DNA of 64,000 nucleotides. Source: Candidatus Enterousia sp. Lineage in GTDB: Bacteria; Pseudomonadota; Alphaproteobacteria; Rs-D84. The DNA is taken from contig JAZLHA010000012.1 in NCBI GenBank assembly GCA_045616625.1, positions 111,249 to 175,248 of the forward strand. The letters run 5' to 3'. Position 1 is the stretch's first letter; every line of letters starts with the position of its first letter. Below are positions 38,883 through 48,332 of the stretch, in pieces. The position numbers and the translations under genes were made by a program. Under the pieces are notes generated by a model. That model did no database searches. It worked only from the letters and a program-made list of their open reading frames with translations, and was not told the origin of the DNA.

Positions 38883-40456
38883 TTTATAACCTTGTTTATT
38901 CTTGTTTTTATCATATTTTCACCCATAACCTGCATAATAGAATATAAGTCTGGGGTATTTGTGCGCCCCGTTAGTGCAACACGCAGATTCATCGCAACAT
39001 CGCCATTTTTAACACCACGCACAGTTGCAATCGTAACAATTTTATTCCACCATGTATCCTTGTCATCAGATATATTAAATGTTTCAATAAAGTCACGCAA
39101 TAAATCAGAATTAAATTCGTATTCTGTATTCGGCGTAAACAATTCATCCCAGAAATATCCAACCTCAGTCAGCGTCTGTTTCCAAGTAATAAAATCTTTA
39201 CGCACGCGTTTTGGATTGTCGCGTTCAATTGATAAAATACGCGTCAGGTAATCAATATCCGCAATTTGTTTTTTGTTAATATCATCACCATATTCATTTG
39301 CCCAATCACAAACACTATTTACCAATTCAGGAACCGGCATCGCACCAATATATTCCTTGGCCCACCATTCTAACTTTTTCATATCAAACAATGCGCCCGA
39401 CATAGGAATCTTTTTCGGTTTCATTTCATATTCCCAGAAATTTTTAACAGCGCCTTTATTTTTAGCCTCTTCATATCCGGATGCAGCAATATTACCCAAA
39501 TATTCCAAAACAGCATCAGTTGGCCAACCGTCCGCCATAAAGAAAGCAACGTTTGCCTCTGGGTCATGACGTTTTGATAATTTACGTTGTTTACCTGTTT
39601 CGGCATCTATTTTATCAATAGTCGATGTATGAATATATAGTGGTGGCATCCAACCCATCATACGAAATAGTTGCGCATGTAATGGTAATGATGGCAACCA
39701 TTCTTCACCACGAATAACATGCGTTGTCCGCATAAAATGATCATCACACAAATGCGCAAAATGATATGTTGGCAAACCATCATTTGATTTTATTAAAACA
39801 ATATCTTCATTATTTTCAGGGAAAGATATAGAACCACGAACCGCATCCTTGCAGAAAATTCTCTTTTCTGGATTTCCTGTTGAATATAGGCGAATTGATG
39901 GAACCTCACCATTATCCAAATGAGCGATTATTTCATCTTCACTTAAATCACGGTCGCGTGCAAATTCGCCATAAATCCCAGTTGCAAAGCCCGCCGCCGT
40001 TTGATTCTTACGAATCTCATCCATCTCAGTCGATGTTAAAAAGCAAGGATACGCAAGTCCGCGCGCCAATAAATCCGCCGCAACAGAATGATAAATATCT
40101 TTTCTTTGTGACTGATAATAAGGGCCGTATTCAGGCATATCATTGTATTTTAAACCAAATTTATTTAATGAATCTATAATGATATCAACCGCTTCTTTAA
40201 CCTCACGCTTCGTGTCTGTATCCTCTATTCTTAACATAAATACACCACCAGATTGAGTTGCCAGTTTATAATCTATCAACGCACCATAAAGGCCGCCCAA
40301 ATGCATAAATCCGGTTGGACTCGGTGCGAAACGCGTTACAAAAGCACCATCAGGTAAATTACGCGCTGGGAACTTTTGTTCCAATTCATCCAAAGTATAT
40401 TTTGGTGCACCGCCCAAAACGCGTTTAATCAAATCAGCAGACAATCCATTACGCAT
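38879..40456 (-). CDS. gltX: glutamyl-tRNA synthetase
   Basis: HIGH-type motif PSPTGFMHLG and KLSKRH (KMSKS). Confidence 0.85.
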   Translation of the reverse strand: MRNGLSADLIKRVLGGAPKYTLDELEQKFPARNLPDGAFVTRFAPSPTGFMHLGGLYGALIDYKLATQSGGVFMLRIEDTDTKREVKEAVDIIIDSLNKFGLKYNDMPEYGPYYQSQRKDIYHSVAADLLARGLAYPCFLTSTEMDEIRKNQTAAGFATGIYGEFARDRDLSEDEIIAHLDNGEVPSIRLYSTGNPEKRIFCKDAVRGSISFPENNEDIVLIKSNDGLPTYHFAHLCDDHFMRTTHVIRGEEWLPSLPLHAQLFRMMGWMPPLYIHTSTIDKIDAETGKQRKLSKRHDPEANVAFFMADGWPTDAVLEYLGNIAASGYEEAKNKGAVKNFWEYEMKPKKIPMSGALFDMKKLEWWAKEYIGAMPVPELVNSVCDWANEYGDDINKKQIADIDYLTRILSIERDNPKRVRKDFITWKQTLTEVGYFWDELFTPNTEYEFNSDLLRDFIETFNISDDKDTWWNKIVTIATVRGVKNGDVAMNLRVALTGRTNTPDLYSIMQVMGENMIKTRINKVIK

Positions 40457-40501
40457 ATTTATAATCCTTGTTTTTTAATTTTATCATTCTATACTAAAAA
40501 T

Positions 40502-41128
40502 ATGGAAAAACAAGAAATAAGAACTTTCGGACGCAGGCATGGGAAAAAGTTATCTGCCCGTAAAACCGTCTTGATGGAAAAGGTATTGCCAAAAATCATA
40601 CCAAACACAACATCAGACAACGCTATTTTGGAAATTGGATTTGGCAATGGTGAACATTTGCGCGATTTAGCGCTACGCTCCCCCGACACAACAATAATTG
40701 GTGCAGAACCGTTCGCAAACGGTGTTGCCGCCCTGTTATCCGCGATAACAGATTCACAGAATCAGATTATGCCTGAATATAAAAATATTTTGGTTTGGCC
40801 GGATGATGTTCGCCTGTACCTAAACAATACATCACAAAAATTTGCACAAATCTGGGTTTTACATCCTGACCCATGGCCGAAAGCACGGCATGAAAAACGC
40901 CGTTTGTTGTCTGCTGAATTTCTAAACACTTTATCAAATCATTTAACAGATGATGGGCAAATTATCATCGGAACTGACCATTGGGAATATTTTGATTGGA
41001 TTATAAATCAGGTGACACAAACACCGCTATCCGCCACAATTCCAGACATGGACACGATTCAAACACGGTATCAACAGAAAAACAAAGCCGGCACATCAAA
41101 TCCGAAATACCTGGTACTGACACACTAA
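40502..41128 (+). CDS. trmB: tRNA (guanine-N7)-methyltransferase
   Basis: Start MEKQEIRTFGRRHGK.... EIGFGNGEHL SAM motif. Confidence 0.8.
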   Translation: MEKQEIRTFGRRHGKKLSARKTVLMEKVLPKIIPNTTSDNAILEIGFGNGEHLRDLALRSPDTTIIGAEPFANGVAALLSAITDSQNQIMPEYKNILVWPDDVRLYLNNTSQKFAQIWVLHPDPWPKARHEKRRLLSAEFLNTLSNHLTDDGQIIIGTDHWEYFDWIINQVTQTPLSATIPDMDTIQTRYQQKNKAGTSNPKYLVLTH

Positions 41129-41814
41129 TAAATCTTAAACGATTTTATAATAATTTCAGGATGCATCATATGTCCCAGGCGCATAGTTTGTTCAACACGC
41201 ATTGGATTATCACCAAAAGTCAAATAAATTGAACACGTTAAATCATCAGGCCACAATTCAAACATAGACATAATATGCCCGACAAAATCAGATTTGTCCC
41301 CTGTATCATTTGACAACAATAAATTGATTCCATCACAACGCAGAGATTTAATGCAATCAAACACAGTTTTCCAATCAGAAAAATTTATATCCAATATATC
41401 CAAGCCAATTACAAGTTCTTTATCAAAAAACAAATCATCCCGCACAGACTTTATAGAATCTGAAAAAGATTTCAATTGCGATAGGTTTAAGAAAACCTGC
41501 GCACCATTTGCACCATTTTTAAATGTTTTAACTATACTTTTAGATACAACAGCAAAATTAGACGTATCATATATATAAAAACGCGAGAATATTTTAACCG
41601 CCCTTTTTTCCAACCATGGCCATATTACAGGTACCGCATCTGGCAACACAGACAAAACAGACACACCATTCTGAACAGCATAGTCAGAACAGCCCGCTAA
41701 ACCACCCGCATCCATATCAGAATCATACCACAAACAATTTGTAGTGGTAGCTTCGGAATCAAAAATTATTTTTTCAATCATTATGCTTTCTACTTTATCA
41801 TAAATATGATACAA
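41125..41814 (-). CDS. hypothetical protein (229 aa)
   Basis: ORF divergent from the unknown operon. No motif recognised. Confidence 0.45.
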   Translation of the reverse strand: MYHIYDKVESIMIEKIIFDSEATTTNCLWYDSDMDAGGLAGCSDYAVQNGVSVLSVLPDAVPVIWPWLEKRAVKIFSRFYIYDTSNFAVVSKSIVKTFKNGANGAQVFLNLSQLKSFSDSIKSVRDDLFFDKELVIGLDILDINFSDWKTVFDCIKSLRCDGINLLLSNDTGDKSDFVGHIMSMFELWPDDLTCSIYLTFGDNPMRVEQTMRLGHMMHPEIIIKSFKIY

Positions 41815-42651
41815 TTAAAACAAATGAAAAACAAATTTGATAATATATTGCTAATAATTTTATGGCTATTAGCCATGTGTTTGGGTACGGACTTTTGGCT
41901 AAACACCAAATTTAATTTCAATATCTTTTCAGGTGAACATTGGAAATATCTTTCTTTTGTTCAGGCATCAAACCAACATATCAATTTGTGGTTTTATGTT
42001 TCTTTGGCGGTTGCTATCACAATTACTATTATTGGTATGTATATTTTAATTCATCCAAATATAGTAAAAATTCCAGAAAGGCGTAAAAATATTTCAAACG
42101 CCAGCACATCAGTACCAAGTACTGTATCCAATGCTGCCACATCAACCACACCTGTTATGCCTGTACGTCCACCACACCCAATAACAACAAACACCGTTAA
42201 AACAGCACCAAACATCAAACAGACAAACGCTCCACAAACAACAAATCTGCATATATCTGAAATAGAACAAATATTCACAGATGCAAATTATGTTGTAAAA
42301 AAGGCACCAAAAATTGGTGGCATACAAACATCACTATTGGCGGTTGGCACTGGTGAGACTGTATTTATTGGTACGGAAAATGTTTCTGTTGATGATATGC
42401 AGGGTATTGTTGATAAATTAAATGGCATCTTTACCGACACATTAGAAGATATTGAAATAACAATTGTTCCGTTTATCATAACCAATCAACAAATACAGAG
42501 TGATAACATTTTAATATTCCAAGATTTATCTGAATTATCATTATATATGGACGAACATAAAAACCCACCACTATCTGATGACGATGATGGAAATTTTGAG
42601 GCATTTTCTTCATATATAACAACAGTTAGTGAATACATAGGAAACATTTAA
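41806..42651 (+). CDS. hypothetical membrane-anchored protein with Ser/Thr/Pro-rich linker
   Basis: Two N-terminal TM helices, an STP-rich tract (ASTSVPSTVSNAATSTTPVMPVRPPHP), and a C-terminal ~140-aa domain. Confidence 0.5.
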   Translation: MIQLKQMKNKFDNILLIILWLLAMCLGTDFWLNTKFNFNIFSGEHWKYLSFVQASNQHINLWFYVSLAVAITITIIGMYILIHPNIVKIPERRKNISNASTSVPSTVSNAATSTTPVMPVRPPHPITTNTVKTAPNIKQTNAPQTTNLHISEIEQIFTDANYVVKKAPKIGGIQTSLLAVGTGETVFIGTENVSVDDMQGIVDKLNGIFTDTLEDIEITIVPFIITNQQIQSDNILIFQDLSELSLYMDEHKNPPLSDDDDGNFEAFSSYITTVSEYIGNI

Positions 42652-43157
42652 TGGATTGGTCCGAAGATAAGGCATTACAAAGACTTGCAGATTTAGGTAT
42701 GGATGATATACCGGTCATGGAATACGCACCTGTGCCATCGCGTATTAGTCCTGATTGGTTTGTTAAGTACAAAGAAATCAGTCATACTTTTATGGAAAGT
42801 TTAATAGATGATGCACAAGATATTGCGTTTCTAAATTTAAGCGAAGATGAATTTATGGGTTTAATATCTGGGCGGACCATACCAAAAAACATGTCTGTAC
42901 GCTTTCGTATACCACTCACATGGGGTGGTAAGTTGGAACCAGAAAATCTATTTATGTGCAGGACGTTTCCATATTCATATAACCTGGATAGGTTTATAAT
43001 CGAACAAAGTGGCGCATCACACATTTGGTTACCTAATCCGGCAAAGAAAATTTATATTCCTGCAAATATTGGTGGTGGTGGTGATGGTGGAAACGCAACA
43101 TCCGATAGATTATCACAAATTGCGGCGCAACTCGCCGTATCCAGAGGGAACGGATAA
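42651..43157 (+). CDS. hypothetical protein (168 aa) with Gly-rich C-terminus
   Basis: ATG overlaps the upstream stop (TAATG). ...ANIGGGGDGGNATSDRL... Confidence 0.45.
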   Translation: MDWSEDKALQRLADLGMDDIPVMEYAPVPSRISPDWFVKYKEISHTFMESLIDDAQDIAFLNLSEDEFMGLISGRTIPKNMSVRFRIPLTWGGKLEPENLFMCRTFPYSYNLDRFIIEQSGASHIWLPNPAKKIYIPANIGGGGDGGNATSDRLSQIAAQLAVSRGNG

Positions 43158-43160
43158 CAA

Positions 43161-43589
43161 ATGACAACTGACGAATTTTTATCTTTTATAAAATCCAAAG
43201 GCGCATTATGTTGGGGTCCGGCCAGTCAGCGCGCAATTGGATTTGCAAACACTAATTTACAGCAATTAAAATCAGCAATGTTGCCAATGTTCTTGATTGA
43301 ATTATATGGGTCAACTGCTGGAATAAACCTGGGTTCTGGGTACATATTTGGTCCATCGGAATTACCAAACAACAACTCTTTTCCAATTCCATCCATTGTT
43401 CAAATAAATAGCGAAAACAGAGCACACACAAACGGGAAAACTATTTTTGGTCGAAATGATTTGTTTTGGTTTGCTTTTGATACATTTGGTAAATGTTATA
43501 TGCTGGATAATCTAAGTCTAAAAACTTTACGCACTTACGATGACCCACACAAAGCATTAATCGATTGTCTAATTGCAGGGAAAATATAA
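43161..43589 (+). CDS. hypothetical protein (142 aa)
   Basis: Starts 4 nt after the upstream stop. Confidence 0.45.
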   Translation: MTTDEFLSFIKSKGALCWGPASQRAIGFANTNLQQLKSAMLPMFLIELYGSTAGINLGSGYIFGPSELPNNNSFPIPSIVQINSENRAHTNGKTIFGRNDLFWFAFDTFGKCYMLDNLSLKTLRTYDDPHKALIDCLIAGKI

Positions 43590-43590
43590 A

Positions 43591-43788
43591 ATGAAAAAAA
43601 TTTCAGTATCTTTATCAGGTCACCAAACAAGTGTGTCGTTAGAGCCAGAATTCTATAACGAACTAAAAAAAATCGCCATACGAATAAATCAGCCGATTGC
43701 AGCAATTATACGCAACATAGATTCATCACGAAAACCAGATACAAATTTATGTTCTGCATTGCGTGTTTGGATATTACAGCATAAATAA
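43591..43788 (+). CDS. ribbon-helix-helix domain protein (RHH_4-like)
   Basis: MKKISVSLSGHQTSVSLEPEFYNELKKIAIRINQPIAAIIRNID...NLCSALRVWIL, matching a small RHH protein family conserved in alphaproteobacteria. Starts 2 nt after the upstream stop. Confidence 0.55.
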   Translation: MKKISVSLSGHQTSVSLEPEFYNELKKIAIRINQPIAAIIRNIDSSRKPDTNLCSALRVWILQHK

Positions 43789-43817
43789 AAACCGCCAAAT
43801 CGGCAGTTTTTATTTTT
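43789..43817. terminator. bidirectional terminator between the RHH gene and yebC
   Basis: aaaaCCGCCaaatcGGCAGtttttattttttt, an imperfect hairpin plus a T-run. Confidence 0.4.
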
Positions 43818-43830
43818 TTATAAACATACA

Positions 43831-44547
43831 TTATGCCGCAGCAGTAAATACTTTTTGGACATCATCATTATCGTCCAATGCATCAACTAACTTTTCAACC
43901 TTGGCATATGTTTCATCATCCAAATCCATTGGCATATTTGGCAACCATGTCAATTCAGCACTTTCTGGTTCACCAAGTTTATCTGACAAATATTTTTGAA
44001 CATTGATGAAATCATCAGGTTTGGTTGTAATAACAAATCCTTCCTCGGATGCCTCAAGATTATCAACCGCTGTTTCCATTGTGATTTCCATCATTTCATC
44101 TTCGGTTTTACCAATAGACGATGGATACATAATCTGACCGGCACGTGTAAACATAAATACAACAGAGCCTTCTTCGCCCATATTGCCGCCATTTTTGGCA
44201 AATATATTACGAATTTCAGGCACTGTTCTGCGTGGATTATCGGTTAAAGCCTCTACGATAACCGGAACTGCACCTGGACCATAACCCTCGTACCGAACGG
44301 CAACATAGTTTTCAGTATTAGAACCAGATGCCTTATCAATTGCGCGTTTAATGTTATCATTAGGCATTGAATTTTTACGTGCCTGCAAAATAGCCAAGCG
44401 CAAACGTGGGTTGTTTTCCGGATTTGGATCACCCAACTTTGCCGACATTGTTATTTCACGTGCTAATTTTGTAAACAAGCCACTACGTGCAGCGTCTACT
44501 AATCCTTTTTTATGTTGGATATTATGCCATTTACTGTGTCCACTCAT
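43831..44547 (-). CDS. yebC: YebC/PmpR family transcriptional regulator
   Basis: MSGHSKWHNIQHKK N-terminus. Confidence 0.9.
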   Translation of the reverse strand: MSGHSKWHNIQHKKGLVDAARSGLFTKLAREITMSAKLGDPNPENNPRLRLAILQARKNSMPNDNIKRAIDKASGSNTENYVAVRYEGYGPGAVPVIVEALTDNPRRTVPEIRNIFAKNGGNMGEEGSVVFMFTRAGQIMYPSSIGKTEDEMMEITMETAVDNLEASEEGFVITTKPDDFINVQKYLSDKLGEPESAELTWLPNMPMDLDDETYAKVEKLVDALDDNDDVQKVFTAAA

Positions 44548-44597
44548 ATTTGACCTTTTTATTTTATTATTGTAAAATTACCCTAAAAGGATAACAA

Positions 44598-45173
44598 ATG
44601 ATTGGCAAATTGCAAGGGCAAGTTGATTTTATTGGTGAAGATTTTGTAATTTTGATGGCTGGCCCCGTCGGATACAAGGTCTATACCCACGAAACACTGA
44701 CATTAAAGTCAACTGTGACATTATGGATAGAAACGATTGTCCGCGAAGATTCAATTAGATTATTCGGCTTTTTAACCCAAAATGCCCAGAATTTATTTAA
44801 TTTATTAACATCTGTATCCGGTGTCGGACCCAAGGTTGCAATGGCAATACTCGGCACAATTAAAACAGACACATTATTGTCCGCAATCGCAACGGGCGAC
44901 GCCAAGACAATTTCAACCACCCCAGGTGTTGGTAAAAAAATGGCTGAAAAAATAATCGTGGAATTAAAGACCAAGGTTGGCGGTGCGTCTTTTGATTTTA
45001 GTGATAATAGTGCACAATCTGCCCTGCCAGATTTATTGGCAGCATTGGAATCATTAGGATATCGCAGGTTGGATATCATTGATATGGCACAAAAATTAGT
45101 GTCCGCAAATCCAGATATGGATGTTTCAAAACTTGTCCCAATGGCATTAAAAGAAATTAGTGGAAATAAATAA
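44598..45173 (+). CDS. ruvA: Holliday junction helicase subunit RuvA
   Basis: MIGKLQG... N-terminus; HhH motifs GVGPK... Confidence 0.85.
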   Translation: MIGKLQGQVDFIGEDFVILMAGPVGYKVYTHETLTLKSTVTLWIETIVREDSIRLFGFLTQNAQNLFNLLTSVSGVGPKVAMAILGTIKTDTLLSAIATGDAKTISTTPGVGKKMAEKIIVELKTKVGGASFDFSDNSAQSALPDLLAALESLGYRRLDIIDMAQKLVSANPDMDVSKLVPMALKEISGNK

Positions 45174-45174
45174 C

Positions 45175-46470
45175 ATGAATAACGATACGATTTTTGCACT
45201 GTCCAGTGGTCATGGTAAATGCGGTGTTTCTGTAATTAGAATTAGCGGAAACGATTTAAAGTCGATATTCCTTAAAATGTTGAACAAGACTGATGCAACA
45301 CCACGACAAGTATATGTTTGTAATTTACGCGATGAAAACAAAGAACTCATAGACCAATGTGTAATTACATACTTTGATGCACCAAAATCTTTCACAGGCG
45401 AAGATGTGATAGAAATTTATTCGCATGGTGCACCTGCGGTTGTGAACAAAATTTTTGAATATCTAACAACATTTGGCGCACGTATGGCGACCCCTGGGGA
45501 ATTTTCAAAACGTGCATTTTATAACAATAAAATGGATTTATCTGATATTGACGGACTGGCCGCACTATTAAATGCACAAACCGAAAAGCAACGTCAATTT
45601 GCATTAAAATCTATGATGGGGGGCGATAGTGAAATTTATAACGCTTGGCGTGCACAAATGGTCGAAATTGCCGCGTATAGCGCCGCCGTACTTGATTACG
45701 ATAGTGATGATTTACCAAAAGATATTGAAACAAAAATCATAGATAAAATTAAACAACTGCATTCTGAGATTAAAAATGCTATTTCGCGCTATACAGCAAT
45801 TCGTGCCATACAGGGCGGATTTAACATCGCATTGGTTGGCAAAACAAATGTTGGTAAATCATCTATATTTAATTGTATTGTTGGGCAAAATCGCGCAATT
45901 GTATCAGACACACCAGGCACAACACGTGATGTAATTTCATACACATTGGATATCGATGGATATATGGTGAATATCTCTGACACCGCTGGCATGCGTGAAA
46001 CAACCGATGACATAGAACAAATGGGTATTGACCGCACACATGTTGAGATTGAAAATGCTAATTTAATTTTACGAATTGAATCAGATGGGACAAAATTAGC
46101 GCCAGACGAAAACGAAATCTTGGTTATAAATAAATCTGATTTAATAGACAAACAGACAAACAAAAATGCAATTTATGTATCGGCAAAAACAGGCGATGGA
46201 ATAGACAGACTAATGTCTGCCATACGCGGTAAAATCGCTGATTTAATGGCGGATGCTGAATCAGGATTAGTTATAAACGAACGCACACGCGAATTGTTAA
46301 ACAACACCGAACAAGAATTAGATAACGCGATAAATAAATCAGATAATAATTTTGATATTATATCTGAACACGTAAGACGCGCGGCTGATAACATTGGTAA
46401 AATACTCGGCACCATCACAGCGACCGAGGTTATGGACGCAACCTTTTCCCAATTATGTTTAGGTAAATAA
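45175..46470 (+). CDS. mnmE: tRNA modification GTPase MnmE
   Basis: TIFALSSG N-terminus; G domain GKTNVGKSS; C-terminal C(L)GK. Confidence 0.9.
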   Translation: MNNDTIFALSSGHGKCGVSVIRISGNDLKSIFLKMLNKTDATPRQVYVCNLRDENKELIDQCVITYFDAPKSFTGEDVIEIYSHGAPAVVNKIFEYLTTFGARMATPGEFSKRAFYNNKMDLSDIDGLAALLNAQTEKQRQFALKSMMGGDSEIYNAWRAQMVEIAAYSAAVLDYDSDDLPKDIETKIIDKIKQLHSEIKNAISRYTAIRAIQGGFNIALVGKTNVGKSSIFNCIVGQNRAIVSDTPGTTRDVISYTLDIDGYMVNISDTAGMRETTDDIEQMGIDRTHVEIENANLILRIESDGTKLAPDENEILVINKSDLIDKQTNKNAIYVSAKTGDGIDRLMSAIRGKIADLMADAESGLVINERTRELLNNTEQELDNAINKSDNNFDIISEHVRRAADNIGKILGTITATEVMDATFSQLCLGK

Positions 46471-46499
46471 AAGGCTAATTACTTAGCCTTTCGTTTTAT
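46468..46499. terminator. bidirectional rho-independent terminator after mnmE
   Basis: aaAAGGCTAAttacTTAGCCTTtcgtttt hairpin. Confidence 0.5.
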
Positions 46500-46733
46500 C
46501 TTTGATTTTAAAAACTCAACTACTTTACTTGGGTGATGTTTATACTGGTATATTGTTATCAACATCATTGTTGCACCCAATACCAACCATATGGTTTCAA
46601 GCACACAAATTCGCCCGTATTTCAATTCCCCTTCAAATGGAACATAGAAAGAAATATACTCGGCCACACAAAAGAACACCGTCCATATCGTCCACAATCC
46701 TAATGTCCACCAAGTATATTTATCTATACGCAT
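46479..46733 (-). CDS. possible small membrane protein (84 aa)
   Basis: Trp-rich hydrophobic ORF with two predicted TM helices. Confidence 0.35.
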   Translation of the reverse strand: MRIDKYTWWTLGLWTIWTVFFCVAEYISFYVPFEGELKYGRICVLETIWLVLGATMMLITIYQYKHHPSKVVEFLKSKIKRKAK

Positions 46734-46738
46734 AACAA

Positions 46739-48319
46739 TTATTCCTTTCGAATAGGATATTGACCGTCAATCAGGTTTTGACGAACCATGTGATGTTTTA
46801 CCTTTTGTGTACTGGTCACTGGTAAATCTTCGGTTGTCATCGCAAAGTGTGTCACCCATTTATATGACGCAAGTTGTTTATTAGCATTTGCAACAGCAAC
46901 AGATAATTTGTCTATTGTCATTGTTCCATCAACACTAAATACTGCATATACAACAGATTTATCCTTTATGCGATGTTCAAATACCGCAACATTTTTTACA
47001 CCTGGGATTTCGGAATAAAGTGCCTCTAACTCATCAGGATAAACATTTTTACCGGAATCTAAAACAATCACTTGTTTTTTGCGACCTGCAAAATGGTATT
47101 CGCCATTTTTATCAATAAACACCATGTCGCCGGTATTAAAGAATCCCCTGTCATCAAAAACTTCTTTATTAATTTCTTCATTATCCAGATATCCACCAAA
47201 GATTTGATGGCCACGAACCCATAATACGCCAACGCCATTTTCATCCTTCTCACGAATTTCACATTCGTTGCAACCCATTGGCGCACCAAACGCAAATGGC
47301 ACACGTTTTTTAACTGGCTTTGAACAACACATTGGTCCAACGGTTTCAGTCATACCATAACCCTGGATAAATGTCATACCTAACGACTCATAAAACTTTT
47401 CAACCTCTGGCTTGGTCGCGGCACCACCTGCGATAAGCAAACTCGCACGGCCACCAAACAATTCCAAAATAGGTTTCTGAACAGCCGAAACAACACGACC
47501 CAATCCAATCGCGCGCAACAATTTTTGACGACGCAATATAAATGATACCAACCACCATTTGTGTTGTGCTTTGATATTATCAATTATCTTGTTACGGAAT
47601 ATTTCCCACAAACGTGGAACTGCCGGTATTGTGTGTGGTTTGTAAACACGAAAATCTTCCATAATCGCCTTTGGGTTCACAGATGGTTGCAATAACACAC
47701 CCAATCCGTAATGCAGTGGTGCGAGTACCCCAGTTGCAAAACCAAATATATGATACAATGGCAAAAATCCATACATTATGGTATTTTCATGTATCCATTC
47801 ATTAAAATCTTGGAAAGTATTTGCACATTCAATCAAGTTAAAGTGTGTCAATGGAACAACCTTTGGATTACCAGTTGACCCAGATGTAAATGACAATATC
47901 GCAATATCATTTGCAGATAAAGGATACGCATCTAAATCTTCATTTGTATCCGTATCTTTTTGTTCAATATCTATAAATTTAAATTTTGCCTTGTCATAGA
48001 AAAATGATTTTTGTGCACACACAAATTTACACTTTACCCTGTTCGTCATATTGTCGTATTCAAATGGTGTAAGATTTGTATCCAACATCAAAACACGACC
48101 ACCCAAATACCAAATTGCAAACAGTGTTGTTATAAATTCAGGGATATTGTGCGATAAAATACCAACAACATCACCAGCCTGGATCCCATTGTTCATTAAC
48201 GTTGTTGCGCGTGCCTTTATCAAACCCAACACACCAGAAAACGATATATTTTCACGCACCAAGAACAAACTATCTGGATATTTTGATGCTGTTTGTTCTA
48301 AAAATTGATACATATTCAT
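46739..48319 (-). CDS. AMP-dependent synthetase/ligase (acyl-CoA or acyl-ACP synthetase-like), paralog 1
   Basis: AMP-binding motif SFTSGSTGNPKVV. Start taken at MNMYQFLEQ, aligned with the paralog. Confidence 0.8.
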   Translation of the reverse strand: MNMYQFLEQTASKYPDSLFLVRENISFSGVLGLIKARATTLMNNGIQAGDVVGILSHNIPEFITTLFAIWYLGGRVLMLDTNLTPFEYDNMTNRVKCKFVCAQKSFFYDKAKFKFIDIEQKDTDTNEDLDAYPLSANDIAILSFTSGSTGNPKVVPLTHFNLIECANTFQDFNEWIHENTIMYGFLPLYHIFGFATGVLAPLHYGLGVLLQPSVNPKAIMEDFRVYKPHTIPAVPRLWEIFRNKIIDNIKAQHKWWLVSFILRRQKLLRAIGLGRVVSAVQKPILELFGGRASLLIAGGAATKPEVEKFYESLGMTFIQGYGMTETVGPMCCSKPVKKRVPFAFGAPMGCNECEIREKDENGVGVLWVRGHQIFGGYLDNEEINKEVFDDRGFFNTGDMVFIDKNGEYHFAGRKKQVIVLDSGKNVYPDELEALYSEIPGVKNVAVFEHRIKDKSVVYAVFSVDGTMTIDKLSVAVANANKQLASYKWVTHFAMTTEDLPVTSTQKVKHHMVRQNLIDGQYPIRKE

Positions 48320-48332
48320 TGTTATATTTCCT

